DNA of 64,000 nt from Candidatus Shapirobacteria bacterium (GCA_028704885.1 JAQWEN010000001.1:2838-66837), one strand, 5' to 3'; positions 40,557-50,952 are shown, numbered from the stretch's first letter. The notes: generated by a model from the sequence alone, not told the origin. Program-made: numbers and translations.

Positions 40557-41879
40557 TTATCTAATTATTTTGACTATTTTTATAAAAATTCCTATCATTG
40601 TTAATGAAAGTAGTTTTGAGATTAAATTACCCTGCCATTCCAAAATGTTTTTTAGAAAATTAAAAAATTCTGGTTGCCACCAAGCATAGTATAGGTTTAG
40701 TCCAAAAATCAAACTTAAAGCTAACCAATATTTAAAAATTTTTTTATATTTTACTGAAAGTATTAAACCTAAAATTATTGCAGCAAAAAGATATCTTTCG
40801 TGCATTGTAGTCATAAATAACCATCCTGAAAATCCAACGATAAACATAGCTTTCATTGAACTCCAAAAATCACGTTTTTGACTGATATAAAAAGAATAAA
40901 TATAAAAAATTCCAAAAATTAAATAACCCCATATTTTGTAACTTAATCCTAAGAATATATTTCGTGAATCAGTGAGAAAACCGGTAGTTAAATGCCAAAA
41001 ATTAAATGCATTTACCCATGTTGCCCAATCTCCTTTGGCAAATATTTGTTTTTGTAAGTTTAGATTAAAAACAATAAAATTATTAGGGCTGATTAGTTTA
41101 ACTAAAATAAAATACATTAAAATGGCAACGATAGAACCTAAAAATATTTTTATAAAATTTTTTTTATCTCCTATTGCCAACCATATAAAAAGAGGTGCAA
41201 AAATTAATCCAGTTACCTTTAAACCAATACTAATAATAAACATTAGTGGAGCAAAAAAATTCCATTTTTTATTCATTAAACATAAAAACGTCAAGAATAA
41301 AAAAATAAAAGCTAATTGATCATGTTGAGCCCAAATAGCACTTTCATACCAAGAAAACGGCATTATTAAATAGGTTAATAAAAAAAATGTGGCTTTTTTA
41401 GTATTCGATTTTTTTTTGACAAAAAAATAAATTAAAGCAGCTAGACCTAAGTCAGCTATGATAGATATCAGCTTTAGAGAAATTAACTGACCATATAGAT
41501 AAGGTGTGGTCGAGTAAAATTTCTGGGTAAACCAAGTAATAAATTTATAAAACCAAGGAATGTGTGATGCTCCAAGACGATTTAAAGCAATGAAATTTCC
41601 AAAGGTCACCATTATAGTATTAAGCCACTCGTGAATTTTGAAACTAAATCCGTATAAAAAACTAATTAGAGGTGGCTGATTTGGCCAACCATAAATCCAA
41701 TTATTGTTTTCGTAAAAACCATACATACTTTTATTTTCATAAATCCAATGTCCCCATCCAGACTGAATAACAATATCATCATGTATGGCCGTATTTATTA
41801 TTGATAAACGAAAAATAAAAGCCAAAATAATTATTAAAACTGGGAGCAATCCTTTCCATTTCATAAATGAATTATACAT
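40557..41879 (-). CDS. polytopic membrane protein, GT-C-fold glycosyltransferase-like
   Basis: ~11 TM helices, aromatic-rich periplasmic loops; resembles DUF2029/GT87-type mannosyltransferases. Confidence 0.4.
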   Translation of the reverse strand: MYNSFMKWKGLLPVLIIILAFIFRLSIINTAIHDDIVIQSGWGHWIYENKSMYGFYENNNWIYGWPNQPPLISFLYGFSFKIHEWLNTIMVTFGNFIALNRLGASHIPWFYKFITWFTQKFYSTTPYLYGQLISLKLISIIADLGLAALIYFFVKKKSNTKKATFFLLTYLIMPFSWYESAIWAQHDQLAFIFLFLTFLCLMNKKWNFFAPLMFIISIGLKVTGLIFAPLFIWLAIGDKKNFIKIFLGSIVAILMYFILVKLISPNNFIVFNLNLQKQIFAKGDWATWVNAFNFWHLTTGFLTDSRNIFLGLSYKIWGYLIFGIFYIYSFYISQKRDFWSSMKAMFIVGFSGWLFMTTMHERYLFAAIILGLILSVKYKKIFKYWLALSLIFGLNLYYAWWQPEFFNFLKNILEWQGNLISKLLSLTMIGIFIKIVKIIR

Positions 41880-41987
41880 ATAAACTTTGGCTGTTTATCT
41901 AAAAAATATCTATTTTTAGTAAAATATGCCAAATTTTGTGGGGTTAGTAGCTACAAAGTAAGATTTCGTGGAAATTTAAGTATTAAG

Positions 41988-42072
41988 CGGAAGGAGTGGG
42001 AGTCGAACCCACATGCCATTTTATTGACGCAGGTTTAGCAAACCTGTGGCTTACCATTCGCCGCATCCTTCC
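41988..42072 (-). tRNA. tRNA-Ser (anticodon GCU), type II
   Basis: Manual fold: acceptor GGAAGGA, anticodon stem CAGGT/ACCTG with loop TTGCTAA, long variable arm, T arm GTGGG-TTCGACT-CCCAC. Confidence 0.7.
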
Positions 42073-42100
42073 TGATTTGGTGCTTTAGTATATCAAATTT

Positions 42101-42655
42101 TTGACAAATGCTTTATCATTATCTTATATGGCAGAAGAAGTTGATACTATCATAAAAAATACTAACGAAGAAAAAGTTTTGTTTGAATGGGAAGCTCCAG
42201 AGAGATCGTTTAAAAAAAGAGATAAAGATTTTTGGATTACAGCGATTGCAATTTTAGTCTTATTTTCGGTGGTTTTGATATTTATAAAAGAATTTTTCTT
42301 AGTCGTAGCTTTGGTATCAGTATTGTTTTTGTATTATGTGTTGTCGACAGTCCCCCCACGAATGGTTAAAAATAAGATAACTAATCGAGGAATTAAACTT
42401 CAGGAAGCTAATTATGATTGGCGAATATTGTTAAGATTTTGGTTTAAAAAAAGTTTAAACAGCGAACTTTTGGAATTTGAAACTAATTTAAGGATTCCCA
42501 GACAGATTTCAATAGTTATAAATGAAGCTGATAAGGAAAAAATTAAAGAAATTGTTTTGAAAAAATTACCCTTGGTGGAATCTTCACCTAATTTTGTAGA
42601 TAAGCTGACAAAATGGTTTGCCGACAGATTGCCTTTGGAAAAACGGGAAAAATAG
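42101..42655 (+). CDS. hypothetical membrane protein
   Basis: Two TM helices; no motif recognised. Confidence 0.35.
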   Translation: MTNALSLSYMAEEVDTIIKNTNEEKVLFEWEAPERSFKKRDKDFWITAIAILVLFSVVLIFIKEFFLVVALVSVLFLYYVLSTVPPRMVKNKITNRGIKLQEANYDWRILLRFWFKKSLNSELLEFETNLRIPRQISIVINEADKEKIKEIVLKKLPLVESSPNFVDKLTKWFADRLPLEKREK

Positions 42656-42687
42656 TCTTTTTTTGGTATAATCACCTGTAATTATTT

Positions 42688-42759
42688 GCGCTCATAGTTT
42701 AATGGATAGAATAGCGGTTTGCGGAACCGTTGATCTGGGTTCGATTCCCAGTAGGCGCA
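42688..42759 (+). tRNA. tRNA, probable Arg (anticodon GCG)
   Basis: Manual fold: anticodon stem GCGGT/ACCGT with loop TTGCGGA, T arm CTGGG-TTCGATT-CCCAG; acceptor GCGCTCA/TAGGCGC has one C-A mismatch. Confidence 0.5.
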
Positions 42760-42770
42760 CAAAAGATAAT

Positions 42771-42854
42771 GGAGGGTTGGCCGAGTGGTTTATGGCGCAC
42801 GCTTCGAAAGCGTGTGGGCGAAAGTCCGCATGGGTTCAAATCCTATACCCTCCG
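42771..42854 (+). tRNA. tRNA-Ser (anticodon CGA), type II
   Basis: Acceptor GGAGGGT, D loop GCCGAGTGGTTTATGGC, anticodon stem CACGC/GCGTG with loop TTCGAAA, long variable arm, T arm ATGGG-TTCAAAT-CCTAT. Confidence 0.7.
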
Positions 42855-42861
42855 CTTAGAA

Positions 42862-43530
42862 ATGAAAACGAAAAATTATATCAGCTGGATAATTTTGATT
42901 TTGGAAATAACGGTAATTGTGATTCTAATAAGAAACTTAGATAAGATTAGAGGATTAATTAGTCCAAAAGTCGACGTGATAACCGAAGAGATAAAAATTT
43001 TACCAACAATAACACCACTACCGACGGTAATCCCCACTTTAACTAAAAAAATATATAAACCGACTCCAACACCAGATAATGAGCCTTGGGGAGTGTCTAA
43101 ACAAATAGACGAAGTTACTTGGACAATGAAAATCGGCGAGGATGAAAAAATGGCAACAGCCAAAGAAATATATGGGGCTTTAAATGAATATCGAAAGGTT
43201 CAAGGTTCACAAGTGTTAAATTGGAATGAAAAATTAGGAAACTATGCCCAAGAAAGAGCAAGATTTTTGAATGGAATTAAATCGGTCGATAAACATCAAG
43301 GATTTAATAATTTTATGGAAAATGAAGATGGATTTAATAAACTGGGATTTACGGCTTTGGGAGAAAATATTAGTTATGGTTATAGACTGAATGGGGTTCA
43401 CACTATTGAGTGGATGTATGCCGGCGACAAACCTCATAATGATAATCAATTAGACAATCGATGGAATTATGTGGGAATTGGGGTGGATGGACTGGCGACT
43501 TGTCTAATTTTTGGGACGGGAAAGTTTTAA
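42862..43530 (+). CDS. secreted CAP/SCP (PR-1-like, YkwD-type) domain protein
   Basis: N-terminal TM/signal, Pro/Thr-rich linker, C-terminal CAP-like region; start moved to ATG 42862 because the longer ORF overlaps the tRNAs. Confidence 0.6.
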   Translation: MKTKNYISWIILILEITVIVILIRNLDKIRGLISPKVDVITEEIKILPTITPLPTVIPTLTKKIYKPTPTPDNEPWGVSKQIDEVTWTMKIGEDEKMATAKEIYGALNEYRKVQGSQVLNWNEKLGNYAQERARFLNGIKSVDKHQGFNNFMENEDGFNKLGFTALGENISYGYRLNGVHTIEWMYAGDKPHNDNQLDNRWNYVGIGVDGLATCLIFGTGKF

Positions 43531-45294
43531 TTAACTGTTTCTTTTACTTTTAGTAATTAAATCCAAAGACTTTTCAAAAGATTCGGTGGTTTCAATGGAG
43601 CCATTGTTTACAAAATAAATTTCATCGGCTTTTTTAATTGTGTTGAGCCGGTGAGCAATAATGACTTTGGTGGTTTTGAGTGGAAGTTTGTCAATAATTT
43701 TTTGGAGAAGACCTTCAGTAATGGTGTCAATATTAGCGGTGGCTTCATCCATAATTAAAATGTCGGGTTCCCTGATGATAGCGCGAATAAAAGAAATTAA
43801 TTGTTTTTGACCCAAGCTGATGGTTTCAGTGGTGGGAGTAATGGGAGTATCTAAGCCTTGATCAAATTTATTAACCAAAACTTCTAATTTTAAATCTTTT
43901 AAGATTTTGACTAATTTAGTTTTGGAATAAACTGGAAAATTAGGATTACCGTAGGTAATATTTTCACCAACAGTACCGGTAAATAAATATTGTTCTTGGA
44001 GAATAAAACCGATTTTTTTAGATAAATCTTCTGATTCAAAAGTTTTAATATTTTGACCTTCAAGGAAGACCTCACCTTCTTGAGGATCATAGAGACGAGT
44101 CATAAGAGAAGCTAGAGTACTTTTGCCGCCGCCAGTGGGGCCGACAATGGCGTAGGTTTTACCATAACAAAAATTAAAATTAACATTTTTTAGAATCCAA
44201 TCGCTGTCTTCATATTTAAAACTGACATTTTCAAAATGCATTATGGAATCGGTTTCTTTGATAGCGGTTTTGGGTAAAATGGGCATGTCGGAAGACAAAT
44301 TTAAAATTTCAAAAATTCGATTCCAACCAGCCAGGGCAATTTGGGCGGAAGATAAAATGGAGGCCATCTGACGAAGAGGACCATAAAAACGATCAGTATA
44401 ACTTAGAAAACTAATTAAAATACCAACAGTAAATTGACCTTGGGTGATGAGAAAAATGCCGTAAACTAAAACTAATAAAGTGGCCATATTACCAGCGAAA
44501 TCGTAAAAAGGACCGGAAATATTATTGGCAATGCCGGAATTGACTGAATATTTAAAATTATCAGAATTGACGTGATTGAAATTATCACGGAAATAATCAC
44601 GGCGATCAAAAGCCACCATAACTTTAAAATTGTTTAAACTTTCTTGAATTTCAGCAGAAAGATTTCCCAAAGATTGAAGACTTAAACGATTTCTTTTGCC
44701 AATCCAGGGAGTAATAAAGTAAGTGATTATAAATAAAATAAAGGCGGAAACTAGGGTAATTAAAGCCAATTTCCAATTGATAAAAAAGATAAAAATACCA
44801 ATTCCAAGCATGGTAAAAAAGTTACCAGCAAATTGATTTAGTTGTTGAGAAAAGAATTGATTTAATTTATCAGTGTCGTTGTTAATACGAGAAATTAAAT
44901 CCCCTAATTTGTTTTGATTGAAAAAAGCTAATGGTAAAGATTGAATTTTTAGAAAAAGAGCTTGACGAAGTTTAAAAAGAATATTTTGACCAATATGACC
45001 CATGGTTCTGGTTTGAATAAAATTAGTAACAAAACCAATGGCATAGATAGCTAAAATTATCAAAGAATAATTGGTCAAAACAACTAAATCTTTGTTTTGA
45101 ATAAATTTATCGATGGCAATACCTAAAAGAAAGGGAGTGGCAATGCCGACAGCAGAATTGACAATAATAGAAATAAAAGAAAGAACTAATTTTAATCTTT
45201 CCCCTTTTAAAAAAATAAGAAATTGTTTTCCCAAACTAAAAAAACTTAGTTTTTCTTTATTTTTGTCGTCGTAAATTTTTAGTGAATAGTTCAT
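43531..45294 (-). CDS. ABC exporter, fused TMD-NBD subunit
   Basis: Six N-terminal TMs; Walker A GPTGGGKST, LSLGQKQ signature, Walker B ILIMDEAT. Confidence 0.85.
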   Translation of the reverse strand: MNYSLKIYDDKNKEKLSFFSLGKQFLIFLKGERLKLVLSFISIIVNSAVGIATPFLLGIAIDKFIQNKDLVVLTNYSLIILAIYAIGFVTNFIQTRTMGHIGQNILFKLRQALFLKIQSLPLAFFNQNKLGDLISRINNDTDKLNQFFSQQLNQFAGNFFTMLGIGIFIFFINWKLALITLVSAFILFIITYFITPWIGKRNRLSLQSLGNLSAEIQESLNNFKVMVAFDRRDYFRDNFNHVNSDNFKYSVNSGIANNISGPFYDFAGNMATLLVLVYGIFLITQGQFTVGILISFLSYTDRFYGPLRQMASILSSAQIALAGWNRIFEILNLSSDMPILPKTAIKETDSIMHFENVSFKYEDSDWILKNVNFNFCYGKTYAIVGPTGGGKSTLASLMTRLYDPQEGEVFLEGQNIKTFESEDLSKKIGFILQEQYLFTGTVGENITYGNPNFPVYSKTKLVKILKDLKLEVLVNKFDQGLDTPITPTTETISLGQKQLISFIRAIIREPDILIMDEATANIDTITEGLLQKIIDKLPLKTTKVIIAHRLNTIKKADEIYFVNNGSIETTESFEKSLDLITKSKRNS

Positions 45295-47045
45295 GTGGTA
45301 GACATTTGAGAATTATAAATTTGTTGGTATTCTTTGGATGACTTTAAGAGTTCTTGATGAGTACCAGTGGCCAAAACTTCGCCTTCCATAAATAATATTA
45401 TTTGATCAAAATTGACGACTGAAGAAATTTGCTGAGTGATTAAAATTTGGGTTAAATTGGAATAATTTTTGGCAACATTGGCAAATATTTTATTTTCAGT
45501 ATCTTTATCAACACGAGCAGTGAAATCATCTAGTAATAAAATTTTGGGATTTAAAGCAAGAGCTCTGGCCAAAGTTATACGTTGTTTTTGACCGCCGGAA
45601 AGATTGTTTCCCCTTTCGGCAATTTTAGTGTTTAAACCATTTGGTAAAGTTTTGATAAAATCGCCTAATTCAGCTGTATTAATGGCTTTATCAATATTTG
45701 ACTGATCTAAAACATTTTTGAAATTAATATTTTCCATGATAGTGGTATTAAAAATAGAACTGTCTTGAAAAACTAAACCAATTTGATCAGAAAGAGATTT
45801 TTGAGAAAAATCAGCAAGAGGAATATTATCAATTAAAATTTGGCCGGAAGTGGGAGGTAAAAGGCCGGACAATAAATAAAGAATTTGAGTTTTACCGGCA
45901 GCAGTGGGACCAAGAAGAGCCGTTTTGGAATGGGCTTTAATTTCAAAAGAAATATTTTTTAAAATTTGTTTATTACCAATACTTAAATTAACTTTTTTGA
46001 AGCTAATACCACCTTTGATTTGATGGCTTTGATCACCGTAAAGTTGAGGTGTTTGAGTATTTAAAACTTGAGAAACTCGCTCAAAAGAAACACCAGCCCG
46101 GGCCAAAATATTACTAATAAAACCTAAAATTAGGATCGGGAAAATAAGTAAAGAAAGATAACTTAAAAAAGCTTGAAGGCTACCAACAGAAAAAGTGCCA
46201 GCGACAATAGACTTACCGCCAATAAGAAGAATGGCAACCGTAGTAATATTGGTAATAATCCCAATTAAGGGAATTAAGGCCGAAAAAAGTTTAAGAATTG
46301 ATAAACCATTGCTTTTGGCTTCACCACTGACGGTTTCAAATTTTTTAAGTTCGAAACTTTGAGAATTGACAATTCTAATTAAGGAAGAAGCAACAATGCT
46401 TTCATTAATGGTTTTATTAAGTTTGTCGATAATGACTTGTGAGCGAATAAAATATTTGTGAATTTTTTTGAAAGTTAGAAAGAAAATGGTGGCAATTAAA
46501 GGAACAACAACTAAAACCATTAAGGCTAATTTGACGTTAATTGACAAAAGAAGAGCAGTTGACCCGATTAGAAGTATGGCTGAGGAAAATATTTGAACTA
46601 GACCCTGGGATATAGCCATTTTAATATTGTCGATATCGGCGGTAAGATTGGTAAGAAGTTTTTCTGGGGTGACTTGAACAATAAAAGAAAATGGCTGTTG
46701 AGAAATTTTAGTAATAAGCCGAGTTCGCAAGTCACGACCAATTTTTTCGGAAAGATAGGTTTGCAAAATGCTTTGAATGGCGGAAAATATTAAGGCTAAA
46801 ACAGCCAAAGCAAGAAAAAGCAATAAATAACTAGTTAAATTAAAGTTTGGTTGGCGAAAAGTATCAATTACGGTGGCAATTATTTTGGGAACAATTAAGC
46901 TAATGCCATTACTAAATAAACTAACAATTAAAATACAAATAATAAACCAAAAATAAGGTTTAGCAAGAGAAAATAATTTTGAATTATTATTTGTTGATTT
47001 TTTTGATGACATAAAATACCTTTCAGTTCGAAGCGAGCTTATCAA
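45291..47045 (-). CDS. ABC exporter, fused TMD-NBD subunit (heterodimer partner)
   Basis: TMD plus NBD with a degenerate Walker A GPTAAGKT and LSGGQKQR; 4-nt overlap with the partner. Confidence 0.85.
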   Translation of the reverse strand: MISSLRTERYFMSSKKSTNNNSKLFSLAKPYFWFIICILIVSLFSNGISLIVPKIIATVIDTFRQPNFNLTSYLLLFLALAVLALIFSAIQSILQTYLSEKIGRDLRTRLITKISQQPFSFIVQVTPEKLLTNLTADIDNIKMAISQGLVQIFSSAILLIGSTALLLSINVKLALMVLVVVPLIATIFFLTFKKIHKYFIRSQVIIDKLNKTINESIVASSLIRIVNSQSFELKKFETVSGEAKSNGLSILKLFSALIPLIGIITNITTVAILLIGGKSIVAGTFSVGSLQAFLSYLSLLIFPILILGFISNILARAGVSFERVSQVLNTQTPQLYGDQSHQIKGGISFKKVNLSIGNKQILKNISFEIKAHSKTALLGPTAAGKTQILYLLSGLLPPTSGQILIDNIPLADFSQKSLSDQIGLVFQDSSIFNTTIMENINFKNVLDQSNIDKAINTAELGDFIKTLPNGLNTKIAERGNNLSGGQKQRITLARALALNPKILLLDDFTARVDKDTENKIFANVAKNYSNLTQILITQQISSVVNFDQIILFMEGEVLATGTHQELLKSSKEYQQIYNSQMSTT

Positions 47046-47123
47046 TTATAAATCAAAATATGTCTATTTCTTTTTTAAAATCGAAAGGTAACAAAGAAGA
47101 TATTAGAGAGGGTAAAAATAAAT

Positions 47124-47588
47124 TTAATTTTTGGCAGCGGGAGTGCCAGTGGTAACTGGAGGGGCCATATTACCAATACTAGGATTAATTTCAATAGTTT
47201 TACTGGTAACAGAACCATCAGTATTAGTACTACCCATAACGGCAATTTTGGCACCAACTTTAAGATCGGTTTTAGCGGCAGTAGTTGATTGATTAACAGT
47301 GGTAGAATCGGAGATTAAAATAATTTTAGAGCCACCATCTGAAGTTTTGACAGTGAGAGAACTATCATCAATACTAATAATTTCACCAACGGTTTGATTG
47401 AAAGCATTTTCACCTTTACCAATGCCAGTACCACGACCAGTACCTTGTCCAGGAGCAGCATTATTATTTATACGTTGACTAAATTGAGAAGTAATTTTTT
47501 TCTGTTGAAATTTAACACCGCCGAAAAAGGCAGCGCCAGCAGCAACAACTAAGAGGACTAGAGTAGCAATTATTTGATTAATTTTCAT
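47124..47588 (-). CDS. small secreted Gly/Thr/Ser-rich protein, hypothetical
   Basis: Signal peptide; repeated TVKT.DG..I..I-type beta-strand motifs. Confidence 0.35.
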   Translation of the reverse strand: MKINQIIATLVLLVVAAGAAFFGGVKFQQKKITSQFSQRINNNAAPGQGTGRGTGIGKGENAFNQTVGEIISIDDSSLTVKTSDGGSKIILISDSTTVNQSTTAAKTDLKVGAKIAVMGSTNTDGSVTSKTIEINPSIGNMAPPVTTGTPAAKN

Positions 47589-47615
47589 ATTTTAAATAAA
47601 TTTATAATTATTAAA

Positions 47616-48839
47616 TTATTCATAACGAAGAGCTTCAATTGGTTGAAGACTGGCGGCGCGTTTGGCGGGATACCAACCAAAAATAATACCGATAACAACA
47701 GAAACAACAAAAGCCAATAAAACGGAAGTCGGAGAGATGGTAAAAACTGAAGAATTAATTCGAGAATAACCATAGGAAATGGCAATTCCAAGAATAATTC
47801 CTAAAATTCCACCAGTGAAAGTAAGAATAACTGATTCAAATAAAAATTGGGTAATAATAGTTTTCTTTTTAGCACCAAGAGCTTTTCTGAGACCGATTTC
47901 TCGAGTTCTTTCAGTAACAGTAACTAACATAATATTCATAATACCGATACCACCAACAATAAGAGAAATAGCAGCAACGCCGGAAAGAAGTGAGGTAAAA
48001 GTACCAGTAACACTAGAGGCAGTGGATAAAATATCTTCTTGGGATCTGATAGTAAAATCAGCCTTGGTAGTGTCGGTAAGTTTGTGGCGGGCTAAAAGAA
48101 GATAGCCAATTTGATTTTGAGCTTGAATCATAACATCACTGCTGGCGGCTTGAACGGCAATTGAAGAAAGATAGTTAACTCCAAATAATTGTTTCATGGC
48201 GGTGGAGAGAGGAACATAAATGGCATCATCTGAATTGGTCATACCGGAAGAACCCTTGGCAACAGTGACACCAATGACAGTAAAATTTTGACCATTAATA
48301 CGGATAGTTTCACCTATTGGATTATAGCTGGAGCTACCAAAAAGATCTTCAACTACAGTCGGACCTAAAACAGCAACATGGCTGTTGGAATTGTAATCAC
48401 TGTCGGTGATAAATCGACCGCCACTAATTTTAAGATTGTGAATTTCAGAATAAGTTGAGACGGCACCATAAATAGTGGTATTAGTATTAGCATCACTGGT
48501 AACAACTTGGAGACGACTGGAATATTCAGGAGAAACAGCTTTGACAGCAGATAGAGCGGCAATCTTAAGAGCATCGGCATCGGCCAAAGTTAAAGTTTTT
48601 CTAGCAGTGGCAGTTCGAACACGACCAGAACTTTGAGCGCCAGGAGAAACAGTAATTAGATTAGATCCAAGAGCAGTGATTTGAGAAGTAACAGCGGCCT
48701 GACTTGATTGACCAATGGAGACTAAGGCAATGACACTACCAATACCAATAATAATACCTAAAATAGCTAATCCAGTTCTCATTTTATTGAGACGAAGAGT
48801 ATTTATACTTTCTTTAAAAAATTCGAGAAACTCAATCAT
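47616..48839 (-). CDS. MacB-type ABC permease (FtsX fold with periplasmic domain)
   Basis: N-terminal TM, ~220-aa extracytoplasmic domain, three C-terminal TMs ending EALRYE. Confidence 0.8.
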   Translation of the reverse strand: MIEFLEFFKESINTLRLNKMRTGLAILGIIIGIGSVIALVSIGQSSQAAVTSQITALGSNLITVSPGAQSSGRVRTATARKTLTLADADALKIAALSAVKAVSPEYSSRLQVVTSDANTNTTIYGAVSTYSEIHNLKISGGRFITDSDYNSNSHVAVLGPTVVEDLFGSSSYNPIGETIRINGQNFTVIGVTVAKGSSGMTNSDDAIYVPLSTAMKQLFGVNYLSSIAVQAASSDVMIQAQNQIGYLLLARHKLTDTTKADFTIRSQEDILSTASSVTGTFTSLLSGVAAISLIVGGIGIMNIMLVTVTERTREIGLRKALGAKKKTIITQFLFESVILTFTGGILGIILGIAISYGYSRINSSVFTISPTSVLLAFVVSVVIGIIFGWYPAKRAASLQPIEALRYE

Positions 48840-49569
48840 TTTTCAATACCTCCTTTTTAATAGAAGCAAATCGACGTTGATGATTGGTGCTATCTTTAAT
48901 AATTTTTCCATCCCTGATAAAGAGAATTCTTTTGGCGTGTTCAGCAATGTCAGGTTCGTGAGTAATCATAACAATGGTGTGACCTTCATCATTTAATTTT
49001 TCAAAAATAGCCATAACTTCTTCAGCTTGGGCAGAAGCAATATTACCGGTTGGTTCATCAGCAAGAATCAGGGCAGGGTTTAAAACGAGAGACCTGGCAA
49101 TAGCGACGCGTTGTTGCTGACCGCCAGAAATTTGATTGGAGGTGTGATGGAGACGATCACCTAAACCAACCAATTTAAGGTATTTTTCGGCAATTTTTTC
49201 TCTTTCATCTTTAGGAATGCCAGCATAAGTCATAGGCAACATAACGTTAGTCATGGTTGTGGTTCGAGGTAAAAGATTAAAAGCTTGAAAAATAAAACCA
49301 ATTTTTTTGTTTCTAATATCAGACAATTCGTCGTCTGATAATTTTTCAACATTTTTACCATCTAAAATATATTCACCACTGGTGGGTTTATCAAGAGCAC
49401 CAAGGATATGCATTAAAGTTGACTTACCGCTTCCAGATGGACCCATGATGGCAACAAATTCCCCTTCTTTAATTTCAAAAGAAACATTGTCAAGAGCCAC
49501 AGTTTCCAAAACATCAGTTTTGTAAATTTTGGACAGGTTTTTAGCAATAATAATAGCTTTTTTGGGCAT
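48832..49569 (-). CDS. MacB/LolD-type ABC ATPase
   Basis: GPSGSGKSTL, ISGGQQQRVAIAR and LILADEPTGN motifs. Confidence 0.85.
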   Translation of the reverse strand: MPKKAIIIAKNLSKIYKTDVLETVALDNVSFEIKEGEFVAIMGPSGSGKSTLMHILGALDKPTSGEYILDGKNVEKLSDDELSDIRNKKIGFIFQAFNLLPRTTTMTNVMLPMTYAGIPKDEREKIAEKYLKLVGLGDRLHHTSNQISGGQQQRVAIARSLVLNPALILADEPTGNIASAQAEEVMAIFEKLNDEGHTIVMITHEPDIAEHAKRILFIRDGKIIKDSTNHQRRFASIKKEVLKND

Positions 49570-49578
49570 AATTTTGAT

Positions 49579-50952
49579 TTAAAAACCTCCCGGAGGGCCA
49601 CCCATATTAAAACTACCGCCACTTTTATTGGTAGTTGAACTACCGAAAGAAGAAGTAGTATTGTTGTTTGATTTAGATTGGGCACTAACTGAGGAAGAAA
49701 TAATAGTGTCGCCTTCATTTAAACCAGAAGTAACTTCAGTTTCACTGTCATTAGTTTCACCAATAGTGATGGTAACAGTGGAAGTAATATTGTCTTTAAT
49801 AGTTCTAACCGTAACGGTTCCGTCAGCGGCGGTGTCGATGGCGGTTGAAGGAATAAGTAAAATATCAGCCTTAGAGTTAATGATAATAGTGGCGGAAACA
49901 GCCATATTGGCATAAATTTCCTTATCAGTATCATCAAGGAGAACAACAACTGAATAGGAAGTGACACCGGAAGTGGTGGCGCCGGCAACGTCAACAGAAA
50001 GAACTTTCCCAGTAAAAGTGATACCGCTAAAGGCGTCCATGGTCATAGTAACTTTTTGACCAGCTTTTATTTTTACAATGTCAGATTCAGTTAAGCTGAG
50101 AGTAGCTTGATATTGACCTTTAGGATTAGTAATACTACCAACGGTATGAGAAGTAACAGTGGAAGAATTTTGACTACTGTTAGTACCAGTAGAAACGGTA
50201 ATGGAGTTAGAAGTATTAGAAATAATAACTCCAGTGGCTAAACTTAGATTGCTAATAATGCCAGAAATTGGAGCATAAATAGTAGAAGAAACTTTTTTAT
50301 AATTTTCATAAGCTTCTGAGGCCTGTTGTTGAGCTTTAGCAACAAAAGCAGTGGAATTATTATATTCAGTTTCATCAACAGTAAAAGTTTGTTTAGCTAG
50401 TTCTAAAGTTTTAGTAACAATGGCTTTTTCATTATAAGTGTATTCAGCTTTAGTTTTGGGATTCCAGGCACCAGCAACCATATTATTATATTCGGTTTGA
50501 GCATCGAGAATAGCTTGACGATCCTGCCACATTTTAAGATCAGCAGCGGTTCGATCAGCAATGGCAGCTTTTTGGTTTTGCTGCATAGTTAAATAATTGG
50601 CCCAAGCAGTGGTTTGATTATTAACACCGGCTTCATCAAGAGTCACTTCAGCAATTTTTTGATTCTTGGTAATAGTGTCACCGTTTTTGACATAAACTTT
50701 TTTAATAGTGCCAGTAGCACCGGTGGTGATGATAGTTTTATTAGAAGAAGTGATAGTACCAGTAGCAGAGATAGAGGTAATTAAAGTACCTTTAGCAACT
50801 TCGGTAGTTTTATAGGTTATTTTTTTACTAGAGGCAATGACTCGAGAATAAATAAACCAGGTAATACCTAGAACGACCAGAATAATTAAAATAATTCTAA
50901 GAAGTTTAGGTAATGATAAAAATTTATCTTTTATTTTTTTGATTAGCTTCAT
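49579..50952 (-). CDS. periplasmic adaptor / membrane fusion protein (HlyD/MacA-like)
   Basis: N-terminal TM; biotin-lipoyl-like hairpin (KVYVKNGDTITKNQKIAEV), beta-barrel region, Gly-rich C-terminal tail. Confidence 0.65.
   Translation of the reverse strand: MKLIKKIKDKFLSLPKLLRIILIILVVLGITWFIYSRVIASSKKITYKTTEVAKGTLITSISATGTITSSNKTIITTGATGTIKKVYVKNGDTITKNQKIAEVTLDEAGVNNQTTAWANYLTMQQNQKAAIADRTAADLKMWQDRQAILDAQTEYNNMVAGAWNPKTKAEYTYNEKAIVTKTLELAKQTFTVDETEYNNSTAFVAKAQQQASEAYENYKKVSSTIYAPISGIISNLSLATGVIISNTSNSITVSTGTNSSQNSSTVTSHTVGSITNPKGQYQATLSLTESDIVKIKAGQKVTMTMDAFSGITFTGKVLSVDVAGATTSGVTSYSVVVLLDDTDKEIYANMAVSATIIINSKADILLIPSTAIDTAADGTVTVRTIKDNITSTVTITIGETNDSETEVTSGLNEGDTIISSSVSAQSKSNNNTTSSFGSSTTNKSGGSFNMGGPPGGF

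Noticed and set aside
42702-42944. 80-aa ORF and the long N-terminal extension of ORF 42730..43530
   Set aside because: Both read through two tRNA genes (Arg-like and Ser-CGA). The CAP-domain protein most plausibly starts at ATG 42862.
49413-49994. Several 90-100-aa ORFs in alternative frames within the MFP and ABC ATPase genes (49413..49718, 49628..49915, 49719..49994)
   Set aside because: Leu/Pro/Thr-rich low-complexity products generated by the Thr/Gly/Ser-rich repeat region of the adaptor gene; no motifs.
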